From NCBI RefSeq assembly GCF_009914755.1, contig NC_060928.1: a DNA stretch of 64,000 nt, one strand, 5' to 3'. How positions within the stretch are numbered: the first letter of the stretch is position 1; each line of letters starts with the position of its first letter. This DNA is from the human T2T-CHM13v2.0 reference genome, Homo sapiens. The notes beneath the pieces are model-generated. The model worked only from the letters and a program-made list of their open reading frames with translations. It was not told the DNA's origin and ran no database searches. Positions 45,689-62,585 of the stretch are shown in pieces. The position numbers were made by a program, and so were the translations under genes.

Positions 45689-46400
45689 TAATGCCTTTTT
45701 AAAAAAAGTTAGCAGGGGTCTTAATAAAGACCTTCCAAAATCCTGCCTCACCAGGTTGAGAATTCATGAACAGATGTCAGGAGAAGGAAGAATGTGACTG
45801 TCTAGTGTCTCTTTAACAGGGTGACCTTGAAGAAAAAAAAACCTTTATGGATTCACAGGAAGTTACAAATATAGCACAGACAGGTCTTGTGTGTGTGCCC
45901 TTCACCCAGTTTCCACCAGTGGTTATATAGCCATAGTACAATATTAAATCCCAGGAAATTGACACTGGTACACTGTGTTATCACATCAATAGATTTGTGT
46001 AACCTCCATTGCAAGCAAGATACACATCCATTTTAAAAAATATATCCATTGTAATGTAAAAGCTCTGAAGACAGGGTAAAAATAATAATTAAAACTGGAC
46101 TACTGAAGTTGAATGTAGCTATCTGTTCCCAAGTTTCACAGAATGCTAGTTGAAGAATTAAATTTTGAATCTTATGTGGATGCAAAATACCAATGGCAGG
46201 AATGCAGATTTTTTAACGTGTATTCTGAAAGTTAACTGTGCCAGTGATGAATCCAACCAGCAAATTAATGGCTTCTGTCAGTGTACTTGGGCCTTTGGCC
46301 TTAGTGATTTCTGAGAAGACACTGGATAAGCAGGAGGACCATAGTAGGGCCAGGCTTCAGGCAGCACAGGTGGGTGGCAGTGCAGCAGCTTTGGGGCTGA

Positions 46401-46694
<294 letters not shown>

Positions 46695-47512
46695 TGTGCA
46701 GCTTCTCCGGCTCTGAGAAGAACACCTGAGAGCGCTTTCCAGCCAGTGCCCCGAGTGCCTGTGGGAATGCTCTTTGGTCAGACATTCCCTCACACAGTAC
46801 AGTTTAATAAATGTGCATTTTGATTGTAATCTATCGAAGTGATTATTACACCAGTTACAGCAGTAATAGATTCTCCATTAAGAAATAATTCCCTTTTTTA
46901 GTCTGTTCATTTCTGTGTATTTTCTAAACAGCTTTACACCCTTGGTGCCTTGGAGCAAACATGTTTTTTGAACCTTGTCATTTTTGTGAAGAATTGCCTA
47001 GATTCCTTCTCTCATCAACGGGAAAGTACTTCCTCTGAGAGTGCGAGTGCACCATGCTCACTGTTGCTGCGTGGGAGAGTCACAAGCCACTGGCAAGCAA
47101 GTGGTATAGTCTGTGAAGCACTGCAGCGAGCAGCACCTGGATCTTGCCTTTATAAGAACATTTTACTACCTGCAGCTTTGAGTCTTGCCCTACATTTTGG
47201 GCATGACATAAGATGTGTCTTTATTCAGCTCGTCGTGAAGATGCTGCTGCTGAATGGGTCAGCATATCTCTGTTTGCATGGTTTGCAGGAGGTCGGTTTT
47301 CATGGTCATTCAGTTCCACAGATCTGAATGATTACTGTCTGTCTGTGTCTTTTTTCCATGAGAAATCACTGTTGCAAATTGCCTATAAATTGACTCTACT
47401 AAAATAACAATGTTTCAGTCTGAAAATTTGAATTGAAAAAAATGTATAATATAAAATTGTAATACACTCAAATGATTATAAAAGTAAAAGTTGGTAATTT
47501 AGGCAGAAGCTA
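46695..47512 (+). terminator. HADH: HADH 3'UTR with proximal AATAAA (46806-46811) and distal variant signal AGTAAA (47483-47488)
   Basis: Hexamers read directly; a U-rich tract follows about 47512. The distal end is inferred. Confidence 0.65.
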
Positions 47513-48974
47513 TTTCTCCTCTTCTTTGACCTGCTGTTAATTTTTAAAGTGGGAGTGACGGGGAGGGAATGGCAGGACAAGGCATTTGTGTAAAACCTGC
47601 CTGTGGCCGTCGCTGCCAGATTTCTTACCAGGAAAGCAGTAATAAGGGCACAGAGAACAATTTTTAAGGAACATCTGTTTCTTCTTTGCCAACAAAGTGA
47701 AGTAGTGTAACGTAAGCTTCTTTTAATCATTGGCTTAAGAAAGTGTCTTCCAAGATAGAATTTTGGAGTTGGAAAGACATCAGAAATCCTGAGGTCCAAT
47801 AGCCTCATTAGCAGAAAGCTTAAGGGATGTGCCCAAAGTCACTAGATATTTTGTCACATAGCCTAGACTAGAACTAGGTTTTGATAAAATTAAGTACAAA
47901 ATAGCCCATTTGAAAATCTCCGATCCAAAATTTCAGACAGGACTCTCCCTAAAATGGGCATCCTTGTTTGGTGTTCTGGGTCATAGGTCTAATAGTCAAG
48001 AGATTTTTTTTCTTCATTTTATGACTGATAAAAGGGAGCTTATTAATTTTAAAAATTTTGAATCTATAACATAGTGGGAAAATAAATACATCGGTGCATT
48101 TGTACCGCACATAGAACCTGGGTAGGACACTTTTAGGTTATTCTTATAAAATGCTGCCTAACGAACCAAAGGAAGCACCTGTGAGGCCACCCGCATTTCC
48201 ATCGCTAAAGGTTACCCTTGTGGTCTGACAGCTCCCTGCTCTCTCAGGCTGGCTCTTGACCTTTGGCATGAGCCCTGGGCCTAAGTGGGGGCTTCACTTC
48301 CTTACTGTCTCACCAGAGTCCCCATAGGATGCAGGCCCTTGTCCTGGAAATGGCAGGGTTCTTTCTTGACCACTGAATTCCAGGAAAGATGTAACTCAGC
48401 AATGCAACTATCAGACTGCCGGGATGAGAAGGTAGGGGCTGCAGCAGTCTTTCTGGCTGGCATTTTAAAATACACTTTAAGCCTACCAAATAGTCAAAAG
48501 GCCTAGCCTCTCAATATCCTTTTATCGTTTTCAAAAAATATTTTCCATGCACCGTGTTTGGGACCAGGAAGGAATTTTGAACATCCTTCCTTTAGACATG
48601 GGAGGTGAGGGAGTAGCTTTTTCTTTCCCAACTCCATGTCTCTGCGTTCTCAGGTGAACGTAGCTGCTTGCCACGGAGAGCTCTTGGGGCGGGGGGAGGG
48701 AAGGTCATGTCAGTCAGGTTCTCTGCTTCCAAATATAGGCCCGCTGCTGCTGTTTGCTTCAGTCTGTGGTTAAGAACTGAGCCTCAGTGAGAGCCCCAGG
48801 TGCCTTGCATCATCCTCCACTGTGTTTTGGCAGCACTTGTTCAAGAGGGAGGGTGGGTCCTGGCAGTGCTGCTGGGCCTGGTGTCACTGCTCTTGGTTCT
48901 CCTCACCTCCCCAAACTTGCCTCCTAACCGTCATGAATCTTTTATGACACTTGAAAGTAAAGACCAAGTTTTAG

Positions 48975-49627
<653 letters not shown>

Positions 49628-50013
49628 AGTGATATTTTTATTTACCTATAATACAAGTGAAAGTTTGAGATTAAGAAGAAAACCAGGCAACTTATGAGAT
49701 GACTTGCTGAAAAAGATGGTGAGCCTCTGATAGCCATCACCTAGACTTCAATTCTGTTTAGTAAAATGGAGTTCTCTGAAGGATCGTTTTAACTCAAGAT
49801 ATCTTTGTAAAATGAAAATCATGGCCCTTTCATGTTCTTAAGATTCACTGTTAATAGTAGTTTTTCTGGGGAAAACGGTTAACTTTTTCTGACATCAATT
49901 GTAAAGCGTATTTCCACTTTGGGAACTTCAATGACACAGCGTGGGGGTAGGTGGAACCATGTCTTGGAACTCGGAAACTACTATGAACAAATCCGGTGTT
50001 AGAAAATACTCTC

Positions 50014-50322
50014 AGCTGGGTGCAGTGGCTCATGCCTGTTATCCCAGCACTTTGGGAGGCCGAGGGGGGCAGATCATGAGGTCAGGAGTTTGAGACCAGC
50101 CTGGTCAACATAGTGAAACCCTGTCTCTACTGAAAATACAAAAAATTAGCCAGGCGTTGTGGCGGGCACCTGTAATCCCAGCTACTCAGAAGGCTGAGGC
50201 AGGAGAATCGCTTGAACCCAGGAGGCAGAGGTTGCAGTGAGCTGAGATGGCACCATGGCACTCCAGCCTGGACAACAGAGCAAGACTCTGTCTCAAAAAT
50301 AAGAAAAAAAAAGAAAAAAAAG
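50014..50322 (+). mobile_element. Alu (S-type)
   Basis: Full dimer; TSD-like AGAAAAT(G)ACTCTC. Confidence 0.9.
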
Positions 50323-51584
50323 AAAATGACTCTCCACTGGGTTCCGTTAATAGTAAGTGTTTTGACTAACACATCAGCTTTCAGAAACGCATTTGAGATT
50401 CAACTAGTCATCATTGGAGAGGTTACAGCCACTATGTTAGTCACAGCTTATACAACAACATACGCTAATTATGCTTTCTTTGTGAGTTATACCGTTCACA
50501 TATTTGAAACAAGCTTTTGTCTTGTCCCCACCTTGATTTTAATCCCTTTAACATTTCAACCTAAGTAACTCATTAAGTCTACCAAAAGTATAAGGTGTGG
50601 CTATAATTTTATGAGACTAATTTTCTTATAAACAGGCATTGATGCTACATAAATAGTAATCGAAAAAATGCTTTGAACAATGAAATCATGGCTGTGCTTT
50701 CAGTACTATACTTTGAAAGAATCCATTTGGCTGTGTAAATTCTATTTTTTAAATTGGTCTCACTGTTTCATCATCACAGTTTTAATGTCTATTTTAGCAT
50801 TTTTTTTCTTGCTACCATTTGACATGGCATAACAGACTTTAACTCCTGAAAGACAGAGAACCCTGTCATTGATACTGATGTTATTCAATGTTTTAGTGAA
50901 AATCACCAACTGTAGTTGCTGCTACAGGATTAACCAGCACAACTACTTGACAGCATGGGCTTTGCAATTAAACCAACTTGGGTTCTAGTTCTCAGTTCCA
51001 CTGCCTTTACCTGTGTAACCTAGAGAAGTTATTTGTTTTCTGGGTATATCTGGTAGAATGGGCATAAGGATGGAACCTATGCCATAGGGTTGCTGGGGAC
51101 CAAGCGAAGTAGGTTTCAGGTGTTGAGCACACTGCCTAGCATCTATAGGCCAATTGTGAAGGAAGCCCCAGTAACCTATGTTCATCGGGTTACAGATGAC
51201 AGCCCTGAACATGTGACAGCAGCAGGGAGTAGGCTTAAGATTCAGAGCAGGCCTGAGTCTTGGAAAAGTGAGTCTCAGAAATTAAGCAGTTGGGCTACCT
51301 GGCAAAAAGACCAGTGCTGGGGCTCTGCACTCCACCCCACAGCTCCTCTGGAAGGTCTTCCCACACTTTCAGAGAGGTGCTGGTCGGGGCTAGTCAGAAA
51401 GGGGTTGCTGTCACTCAGGTAGGCTACATGTTATGTGTGAGCAGTAGACTGGATGATTTAAGACCCCAGACAAACAGCAGGTGTGTAGAAGAGACGTTCC
51501 CAAGATTCTCCTAACACATGGTAATTAGAGAAGTGGTGGCATATGAACAGGAGCATAATGATGCTTCATTCTATCATAATGTAA

Positions 51585-51897
<313 letters not shown>

Positions 51898-52100
51898 GTG
51901 GCCAGTAGTTTTAAATGACATTAGGTTACTCCTAAAGATTTATTCAGAACAAAATTGTGGGAGGCCCTACTAGGTCTATTAATTATTTAGCCAAGGGAGC
52001 AATAGGATGGCCCCTAGGGTTTAAACAAATTCAAGCTGCTCTTGATTCATCATCAAGGAGGGGAGAGGATACCATAGCTAACTTGAACATCAGTTTGTCA

Positions 52101-52222
52101 AGCTGGGTGGGGTGGTGCACACCTGTAATACCAGCTTCTTGGGAGGCTGAGGTGGAGGATTGTGTGAGCCCAGGAGATTGAGTCCAGCCTGGGCAACATA
52201 GCGAGACCCCATCTCCTAAAAT
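52101..52222 (+). mobile_element. Alu monomer (FLAM-like)
   Basis: Single left-arm-like unit with a short A tail. Confidence 0.75.
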
Positions 52223-52775
52223 AAATTAGTCTGTCGAGGTAGAATCCCTTTGGATGACAGAGTGGCAATGGAGCCCTTCATGATGTCAATAAACTTCATG
52301 GAGACACCTCAGTTTCACTTCTACAGATGCAGTTACTGGAATATTCTATGAGAAAATGTAGTCTGTTCTCAGGCAAGCAGGTATTAGAAGAGAAAACCTC
52401 CTGGAATAAGAACTCTACCCTTGCTACCTGCTCTTGAACAGCCACTTCACCACTCAGATTGCAGGTGTAGAAGACAGGAAATTGGGATGCCTCCAAAACT
52501 AGTAGGGAGTGAGGATGGCATTTTTGAAACTGAATTTCCTACTTGAGGCAGTTTGAGTGGTTTCCAACTGCCTCATTCTATGTGGAGGTTTTGGTATATG
52601 CTGCTGGGAAGGTAGTTTTCTGGAGCCCTTTAGCGTCAATATTCAAGTTGCAGGGAAGGGTGGGAGTGGAGAGAAATCTATCCTTCCACCACACCAATTT
52701 GTAGTAGGACCAAGGAGGGTGAAATGGAAAAGCTCTGTCCAACCCCAAAATCTCCATATCTAGGCAGAGACTTTA

Positions 52776-55339
<2,564 letters not shown>

Positions 55340-55358
55340 TTAACTTGTGCGTGCACGT

Positions 55359-55383
55359 GCACACACACACACACACACACACA
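55359..55383. repeat. (CA)n microsatellite
   Basis: Read directly. Confidence 0.9.
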
Positions 55384-58300
55384 GAGCAGTCAGAGTGAAC
55401 AGCGCACACAGATTGCTTAGAACCAGCTACCCTTTCAGCACTGAGTCTCATGGTGGATTCTGCCACTAGCTGGCACAATGTTATCACAAATCACAGGCCT
55501 AATGTAAGGGTATTAATACTTTTATCTTGATTTTTTTTCTGTTGTCCTCCCCTTCTTAAGTCTTGTGTATGTGTGCATGTGTGTGCATGTGTGCACACTC
55601 ACACACACCCTTTATTAAATGCATCCCTTTATTAAAATAGTTAATCCCAAATGCTGGGAGAGGACAGCACGTCTCATCTCATTCACGTGATTTGTAGTTT
55701 GCAGTGCCTGCCCCTTCCCAATTAACCATGGCCTCCTTGAGACTCTGCACTTCCTTGACATCCTCATCCCTGCCAGCTAAAGATCTCATCATCCAGTCTG
55801 AGAGATGCTGTTCTAGGGAGCAGAGGCCTGGGAAAGAACAGAGACAATCTAAACAGATCTGAGTATAAAAGAAGTTGCAGTGGCCATGATATTGTCTTTC
55901 ATTCAAGTCGAAAGCTCTTGAAAGCCAGGTGGTTTTCCTAAGGGCTGCCTGAATGGGTTTGCACTCTGTAGGGCCAGGCACTGAGGAAAGATCATCCCCA
56001 GCTAATTGGAACATGAGAAGCAAAGCAGGCAAAGCCTATACAAGATGCCAGCATGTGGCGAGCAGATGAGATTGCTCACAAAGCACCTCTGAGCTTTAGT
56101 GAGCCCTGCAGTGAGCACTGCACAGCCCTGGCTTTGTGCAGTGCTGAAGGCTGTCTCCAGGGCTGAGCGTGGAGGGCAGGCGAGACTCTAAAGCCATTGT
56201 TGCCATCCTCCAGTTGAGCAGTGGGAGTCTGAACTAACTTTGAAAGGACCTGTAATGACAACCAGGCCAGCTTGTGGGGATCTGTTTTGCTTTGGTTGCC
56301 TCATACATCTTCCTGTTGGGGAAAAAAAAATCACTATGGTGTAGAATATAATTCAGTGATTCCACTGATTTCAGATTCTGAGACAAGTTATAGATGGAGA
56401 AGAGAAAATGACAAGTCTACAAATTCCACTGTGACTACAGAGAAAACCGTTAAAATGATGTGTGGTGACATCTATTTGTATGCAGTGTTCTCATTCCATC
56501 TGGCAAATACATTTTTCTACCAATTTCTCCCACTTATTTAGTGGGGGATCAAAAATTTAATAATTTAGCTGGTAATATCCCAAGCTATTATGTATTAAGA
56601 AAAATATTTATATGAACACATCAGTATAGATGACCCAATAAATCCAAACTCTGCACCTTTTGTACAAGTACTTCCATGGTCCTGACTCCAAAACAGAGTG
56701 CTTAGTCCTGTTACCCACTGCTTCCCTAGGCAGAAATAAGCTCACATGTTCTATGGCTACAAGGCAATATATAAACAAGATATTTTTTGCACTGGACAAA
56801 ACATGTTTTCTAACACATTATAAAACAATTCAAGGGGAAATTAAAAATTTACTAGTCACTTCCTGTCAGGCTTCTCTCTCCTTTACCTCTCACATACCCT
56901 GACAGAGGTCTGTGATACCTTAGCCCATGAGGAAGTGTGCCCAGAGGGGTTTAGTGTGCCGTTCCCAACAGTGGGATGAATAGATTTTGTCCAGCTCTGT
57001 GGACTCTAAACCTGGGCTTTCCTCACTGGGCCACCTCCTGCCTAATATAACCTGTTTTAAGTCCAAATTACCATCCAGGGAAAAGAACCCTTGCACATTG
57101 TAACAAATGCGGGCAGTAGGCATTTCTTATATGCCTACAGTAGACAGACAATACAAAACATTTTTCTGGTGTCCAGTTATTTGAGCATAGCCCATTGGAA
57201 AGTGCTCAGTAAAAATGTATTGAATGAATGCATCTATTATTTAACACCAGTTTACTGTTGATGAACAATGCTATAAACAATATTAGCACTGCTTCTTCAA
57301 TAAAGGCAAGTAGTTTTCACTTGTCTCAAGTTTTACTATAAATTATTAATTTTAATTAACATGTATACAGTTTGTTTACTTTGATTCGTGCTAATAATGT
57401 TTATTTTAAATAGTTGCTGTTAGTACACCCTGTGTAGAGGTAGGTGTATCTGAGTCACCTTGGTACACGCTCCCTGAGTCACGCCTGGCTGCAGAGTAAA
57501 GATAATAAAAGTTTTCCCAGAAAAGAGTTGAAGAAATTTAGAAGAGCCACTTCCAGAATGATATCCACTGAATTATTGCCAAGAAAACCAATCTTATTTT
57601 TTCCCACAATAAATCAGTATAAACGGTGTATAGAATCACATCCTTCTATTAGTATTAAGATACTTAATTGCCATCAAATTTTACAGTTTCTATTAAAAAG
57701 CAGTCCACATTTTCTTGTGTGTGTATCTTTAGAGGTTAGGTTTCACAGGGCAGCTCTTAAAGTTCTCATCTTCCACATCTGGAAGATCACATTCTGTGGC
57801 AGAAATGGTAAATGCGATTTTTCAACAACTACTACATCGTGCGGATGTTAGGGGCCTCTTTTCTGTCAGAACGGTACATTACTCGCTCATGACTCTTCTT
57901 CTTTAAAAGCACAGCCACACAGACATCTTGTTATTGTTCATAAGCCCTTTATTAGAGTTTCCATATTGTTGCAGCCATAGACCAAACTAGAGGAAAAAAT
58001 TATTGTGTAAAATACTTAAGACAACTGTAGTCATGAAACAGTTCAAAGTCACCTTCCAGCTAAACAGGTAGTTGCCAGCAGCCCTAGCAACCAAACTAGA
58101 ACCAGGAGGAAAACACCCCTTCATACAGACCCGCATGCCAGCTGTGACCTCAGAGAAGGCTCAGCTCCCAGAAAGAAGGCTGACCTAGCCTCTTCTTGGC
58201 ACACAGTTCAGCTCTGAGTTCGCTGCAGGGAAGGAGGCCAAATCCCTTCAAGATCAAACAAACAGAAGAAGTGGCCAGAGGAGTGTCCCTCTCCCCGCAG

Positions 58301-58959
58301 ACACCTGCTTTGATCCCTATCTCTAGGGGGACTGTTGACTCTCCCCCAGAACTGCTGCCTACAGAAAGCAGGATTTGGGCAGAATGAGCCCAGAATGAGC
58401 TCTGTGCAGTGACATCAAAGTTATTTGGGAAAAATTATTGTGGAAGAAATACAGGAAACTAGGAGGGGACCAAGTTTGTGGAAGGAACTGGCTGAGGGTC
58501 CAAACAACCCGTTTCTTTCAACTTCACCAATTTTTTGTGAAGTTCAAATAGATTATTTGGACCATAGCAGGATATACACACCTGAGACTCGGGACTTGGC
58601 CTCTGCATTTTTGAGAGGAGGAGGAACCGAGGGAGAGAAGAGTTGAGCAGGCTTTGGCCAAGCCTCAAGTCTCAGGTATAGATCCAGCTATGCCTGTTGC
58701 CTTGATGAATAGACTTTTATTATTAATTGCTTTCTCTCTATATCCAGAAGAGCCCATCAATGTGTTGGCATAATGCTCCACTGTCACCTCCCTTACCGTT
58801 TTGTTGGATTTTCTAGTTAACTCTCAAAAAGATCATGGTGGCAGCTTTAGACTGTTTTTTAACTACTTGGTTTATGCATGTTAAGAGAACTCAGAGAGAG
58901 AGAATTTTCAAATGAAGTTCTGGCCAGGGCTGAATATGAAACCTTTATAACAAGTAGGC

Positions 58960-59270
58960 CCCCTAAACATAATACTTTTTTTTTTCCCTGGTTCAAGTTT
59001 AGGACTAAATGAAGAGGAATTGGAAAGGTTCCAGAGGATAGTAATGAAAATGATTAAAGGACTGATGATGAAAGTTTCAAGGAATTGGGATTACTTAGCC
59101 TGAAGAAGAGAAATTTGAGGGGTGATTTAATGGCAATCTTCAAGTACAGTATGAGGAGGGTTATTATAAGTATGGTAGCCAGCTGTTCCCCAGCTGCACC
59201 GAAGGTTAGAAAGGGGAAATCGAGCTAGAATTTCAGCAGAGAGGTTTAAGTTGGACCAGTGATAGTGGTT
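58960..59270 (+). mobile_element. Ancient L3/CR1 LINE fragment
   Basis: TGGAAAGGTTCCAGAGG...TTAGCCTGAAGAAGAGAAATTTGAGGGGTGATTTAAT...TTCAAGTAC resembles the CR1 ORF2 3' end. Confidence 0.6.
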
Positions 59271-59884
59271 CTCAAAGTAGCTCAAGGGATAGAAAACCAT
59301 CGTGGAAGACCATGACATATTCTTTTAAATTTAAATATACTTTTTCCTAATCAGATACCAACTTATAACATGTACTAGTAAGGTAAAAATTATGAAATAC
59401 AACTCAGGACTTAGAAAATGTTGACTGGGGAGATGGGTGGGGGTGTTAAGACATACCTTCTCCACTGGGACCCCACAATGTGGAAGCCCAGTTTGAATAC
59501 CAATGAGCTATGAAGAGAGGCGGTACCTGTGGACTTTCAATGAGCACGACAACCAGATGGTGGGAGCCCATGAGGATCTGTGTTCAGGAAAGGACTCACT
59601 CCCATCTGAATCCTGGCAACCCTCTTTTTTCCTTTGACCCTGTTTCATACCACCTGGAAAAGGAGGGAGAGGCCCAAGCCATACAAGTACTTTTGAGGAC
59701 TGCATGTCTAGGAGACAGGGCAAGGTGCCCATTTACAGCCGGTTCTGGCCTGTCCCTGGAGAAGGCTGCACCAGCAGCACCCCTCTCACACAAACTGTTC
59801 CTCTCTACAAACCAGCTCTGCCCTGGCCTGTGGATTCAGTTCATTAGCAATTTTAGATTATCAGGAACTTCACTCTTAATAAAA

Positions 59885-61088
59885 TGACAATTTTTAAAAA
59901 TGTTTTATTACAAAGCTTCTTTTAAAAAAATGCTCAGCACATTAACTCAAACTGGAATGACAAACGTTAGGATGACAGTTTTGGGCAAAGGCTGTGCCTT
60001 GCTTTTTTAAAAAATGGGTACATCAATGCTCATTTTAACAACTGGCATAAAATCCCACTAATTGGCTAATAAAAACAGATACAAATACAGAACATTTAAA
60101 GTAATAACAATTCAAGTGCTGGGCTTTTTACAACAAGGGGGTGATAAGGAAAGAAATGAAAATTCACTGCAAACCAGTCTGCTGAACGCATCTGTTAAGG
60201 TTTACTGTTTAAAAAAAGAAAAGAAGAAAACAGAAGAAAAAATAAACTGAAATAGGGCTGCCAATTGCTACCAACAGAGTGGGTTTGGCTATTACATTTA
60301 TTTAGCTCTACTGAACACCTTACAAGGGCGGAGAAGCCACTATGTGTTACAGGCAATTCACAGAGAAGCCACTTACCAGACAAGCTGTCTCAGAAAAAGA
60401 AGGCTTCTTTTTATGTCATTATTTCAAACTTTTCCAGAACTTTCAATTTTATTTAAAAGCTCATAGCTAGCAAAATATACAAGAAAATTAAAACTAAAAA
60501 GTGTAAATTAAAAAAATTCAAGTTTAAAAAAGCAAAAAAAAACGATCCTTTTGCACTGTTAAATAAAAGCTTTAGGAGAAAAGAAAAGAAAGAAAAATGA
60601 AGCAGAAACAAAGAGGGAACTCTTCCATGAACTCCTCCACTGGGGTGCTGATGGATGTGCTGGTTGCTGGCTCCAGTTGCGCATGACAGGCAAATGCAGC
60701 CAAGTTACCGTCCTTGCCGAAAGGTTACAGGTTTGGATGCAAGATGCTCTGGGAAGTGCACGCAGATATGAGGGGAGAAAAGCTGCTCAGCTGCCCCACA
60801 GCCTGCTAGCATTCTCATGTGCTTTTACATTTCCTTTTAAAAAACCTTTTTATGCTTTATTTTGGAACTTGGCTCTTGCAGTAGACGAAAGAGGGGTTGG
60901 CAGTGATTGTCTTTATGGATCAGCGTCTCTAGCAGTGACCTCAGGGTAAAATTGATGTCAGTGTTCCTTTGGGGTCGACTGGGCAGGCCGTGGAGACAGT
61001 CTGGGTTTTCAACAAGCTTCCATCTCCAGAAGAGGTCCTGGGGTCGCTGCCTTGGCTTTGCACGTTGGGAATGAGCTTCGTTTTCCAC
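59885..61088 (-). other. LEF1: LEF1 terminal exon (3'UTR); poly(A) signals AATAAA at 59904-59909 and 60448-60453
   Basis: Minus-strand acceptor TTTGTTCCTTCTTGAG|GTGGAAAACG at 61088; recognised LEF1 tail coding sequence; AU-rich UTR. The cleavage site is approximate. Confidence 0.9.
61009..61088 (-). CDS. LEF1: LEF1 alternative C-terminal 'N-tail' coded in the terminal exon
   Basis: (G)GT GGA AAA CGA...TGT TGA = GGKRSSFPTCKAKAATPGPLLEMEAC*, the known LEF1 tail used when the preceding exon is skipped. Confidence 0.88.
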
Positions 61089-62585
61089 CTCAAGAAGGAA
61101 CAAATGAAATGCTATTAATATGAATTTGCCGTAGGCCTTAAGATTATAACCTCTATTCCATACCATATATGTCTTACAACCTCTGCATTTAATTAATCCA
61201 TTTTGTTAATTTGGGGATGGCTAAAATGAATTGCCCTATCAGTCAAAAATCCTGAGAGTACACTACAGAGTTAATATAGTGACATTTTTACTTTGGTTCC
61301 ATGTATACGTATGCCCAGAGTTATGATGTGAAGTGTAGTGAATACTCTGGGTCATGGTAAACAGAACAAAAAAAAAGTTTGAAAAACACCAGTAGGAAAC
61401 AGGCAAACATGAATAGGGAAGGCGGGCAACAGCCAGATCAGGGAAAGATGTGTCATTCTGCAGTGTTTGGTGTTTTTGGTCCACTGTGGGAAGCCACTGT
61501 ATGATTCTACATAGGACAGACATAATCACATTACCCAACGCACTGCCAACTCCCGTGACGCTATGTGCTCTGTCCGCTCACACTCACAGCCCAGAGGATA
61601 CAAACCGCTCCCTTTTTCCTTAAGATCTTACAATTTTCAAGATTTTTTTTTCCTTCCTAACATCAGGGATCTCTAATGATAGCCTCGGAAAGGACACTCA
61701 GCAAATATGTTAAAATAATGTTGCCAGATATTGGTGATAATGATTTTCAAATAAGAGAACTCCCACATCCTCAAAGCTTTAATGATCTGAGATTTTTTAA
61801 AAAGTGATTAAAAGTAAAATGTAACATTGTAACAAGATGAGACAAAGACAAAAGGAAAGTAAAAGCATGGCAAAGTTCCGTTCCTTCACTCCAGAGAGCA
61901 CCTGCTTCCGCTGCTTTGAACTTGGGGAGGCTGCTTTCCTTTGGTGGCAGCGATGCTGGAAGCACCTTCTCAACCTGGGTCCCTTGACAGCCTCAGATGA
62001 ATCCCAACACTTTGTGCTTGTGATTGTGCTATCCGTGTTACAAGCACAAGTTTCCTTTTAGAAACTCATTCTAAATAATGGTGGATTATCGTACACTTTC
62101 ATTTCAATGGAAAAAGAAAGTAAAAGAGAAATAAAAGGAAACTTTGACATAGTTTAATAATGAATACAAAAGTCTAGATGGCAAGTTACAGTCCACAGAG
62201 TACTTTCCATGGAAGGATGGTGATCTATGGAATGGGAACTGCGAGGACACCTGCCCTTCAGGCTTTTGGAAAGAGAGGTTTGGCTCCTATATTTAAAGTG
62301 CTCACAAAGTGCACAGCACAGAGCAAGCCCTGCAAGCAGGTTAGCTAGTATTATTATTCCAATTATGCCCAATGCGGCCCCTAAAGATGATCAGAACTGC
62401 AAAGAAGCTATTTGTATACCTGGGTAGCTACTGAAAAAGCAAAAACCAACCAACCAACAAAAAACAAAATAGGAGGAAATCAGCCACAGAATGATTTCAA
62501 CTGAGGAGGTCCTCCAATGACAATTTCATTTTCTATTCTCCTGGAAAATCAACCATTCCCTGTTTAACAGGAAAACACTACAGCA

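Noticed and set aside
60837-61166. 109-aa minus-strand ORF over the LEF1 terminal exon
   Set aside because: Starts in the intron and is in a different frame from the recognised LEF1 N-tail.
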